Positions 25,889 through 26,669 of a DNA stretch of 26,669 nt are shown one piece after another. The notes below the pieces were generated by a model. It made no database searches, was not told the origin of the DNA, and worked only from the letters and a program-made list of their open reading frames with translations. The stretch spans positions 1-26,669 of the forward strand of contig JAEOTB010000033.1 in NCBI GenBank assembly GCA_016840065.1, read 5' to 3'. Source of the DNA: Candidatus Hermodarchaeota archaeon (lineage in GTDB: Archaea; Asgardarchaeota; Hermodarchaeia; Hermodarchaeales; Hermodarchaeaceae). A program made the position numbers and the translations under genes. How positions within the stretch are numbered: the stretch's first letter is position 1; each line of letters begins with the position of its first letter.

Positions 25889-26446
25889 GTGGGAGCTGTC
25901 TTGGTAAACCATCAAAACACCAACAGACTGAGGGAATTTGTCACTCTCCTTGTTTTCGTTCTAATTCTTTTAGTTGTGGGCTTGGTTATGTCTCACCCCA
26001 GCATGCTCCAAGTGTTAGACCAACTTGGGTTGCCACCGAGAATAACACTAGTTATGGTTATCTGTGTTGTCCTTATCATTTTGTGTGGTTTTCTAGCCTC
26101 GAGAAGATGGAGGGGTGAAGAGCAAGATATGAGAGAAGGAGCGGTATCAGATTCTGAGGATGATTGGGGTAGTGAAAGCATCTTTGAGAGAGAGACAAGA
26201 CCTAGTCAGTTCAGGTGTCTGGAGTGCGGAGAGTTCATTACTTATGGGAAGGCTGTTTGCTCAAAATGCGGTGAGAAGCAGAAGCGGTGCATAGTTTGCC
26301 AGCAGTTTATTGGGCAGGAGGAACTCTACAGTAAATGTCCCCACTGCAAACAGCTAGCACACAGAGTCCACCTACTTGAATGGGTTAAGGTCAAGGGCTC
26401 ATGCCCTTACTGCAAGGAGAAACTGCGTAAGGAAGAGCTGGTTTAA
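25889..26446 (+). CDS. 2-TM protein with C4 zinc finger and RING variant (start probably GTG 25889 or TTG 25901 rather than 25877)
   Basis: VGAVLVNHQ aligns with MGAVMVFNQ of 23256; same ZnF-RING. Confidence 0.85.
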   Translation: MGAVLVNHQNTNRLREFVTLLVFVLILLVVGLVMSHPSMLQVLDQLGLPPRITLVMVICVVLIILCGFLASRRWRGEEQDMREGAVSDSEDDWGSESIFERETRPSQFRCLECGEFITYGKAVCSKCGEKQKRCIVCQQFIGQEELYSKCPHCKQLAHRVHLLEWVKVKGSCPYCKEKLRKEELV

Positions 26447-26669
26447 ACACCAAACCCTAGATAACGGAAGATGAAGGTGGGGAAACCAAAGAGGGGGAGC
26501 AGGAGGTCCACACCTAAGATGATGAGGATGATACCGGCGATCCGGCTTAGCCAGCGGCTGACAGTCAGGTATCGCTCACTCAACAAGTCGTGCCCCTTTG
26601 CCACGAAGGGACTAGCTATGATGAGGGGGGTTCCCAGTCCGAATCCGAATAGGAAGAGGAGCCCAAAGC
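26443..26669 (-). CDS. 3' end (partial) of a CcdA/DsbD-like transmembrane protein
   Basis: Manual translation: FGLLFLFGFGLGTPLII...RWLSRIAGIILIILGVDLLLPLFGFPTFIFRYLGFGV*; typical of the last two helices of CcdA/DsbD. Confidence 0.6.
   Translation of the reverse strand, partial: FGLLFLFGFGLGTPLIIASPFVAKGHDLLSERYLTVSRWLSRIAGIILIILGVDLLLPLFGFPTFIFRYLGFGV

Overview
A gene-dense archaeal window. The evidence is BRE/TATA-like boxes, GGAGG(TGA) Shine-Dalgarno sites and many TTG/GTG starts; the gene repertoire resembles Asgard archaea, which is an inference. It contains nikR divergent from a His-rich gene, two paralogous SAM methyltransferases, a nitroreductase, a GyrI-like/Cys-rich protein, a GNAT, a beta-helix membrane protein, a DUF169 protein, a tandem pair of surface glycoproteins, a long translationally coupled operon of small membrane proteins, and the 3' end of a CcdA/DsbD-like gene. 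The main signal is a family of five membrane-anchored proteins that all end in the same RING variant (C-x2-C-x12-C-x2-C-x4-H-x2-H-x3-W-x6-C-P-x-C), four of them with a C4 zinc finger just before it. These RING tails are attached to different ectodomains (a ~190-aa beta-rich domain, beta-propeller+Ig-like, or none) and different cytoplasmic inserts (HEAT repeats or acidic linkers). They are candidate receptor-like transmembrane E3 ligases, and the tail spacing resembles the GATOR2 (MIOS-type) ZnF-RING. Other unannotated signals: a 41-aa acidic SCC peptide behind the nitroreductase, a triple TATTGG-N4-CCAATA operator, a conserved and probably structured 5' leader found twice, a 23-bp junction cassette repeated through the 4-TM paralog array, and 100%-identical flanks around diverged tandem surface-protein genes. 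No rRNA, tRNA, CRISPR or transposase was found.
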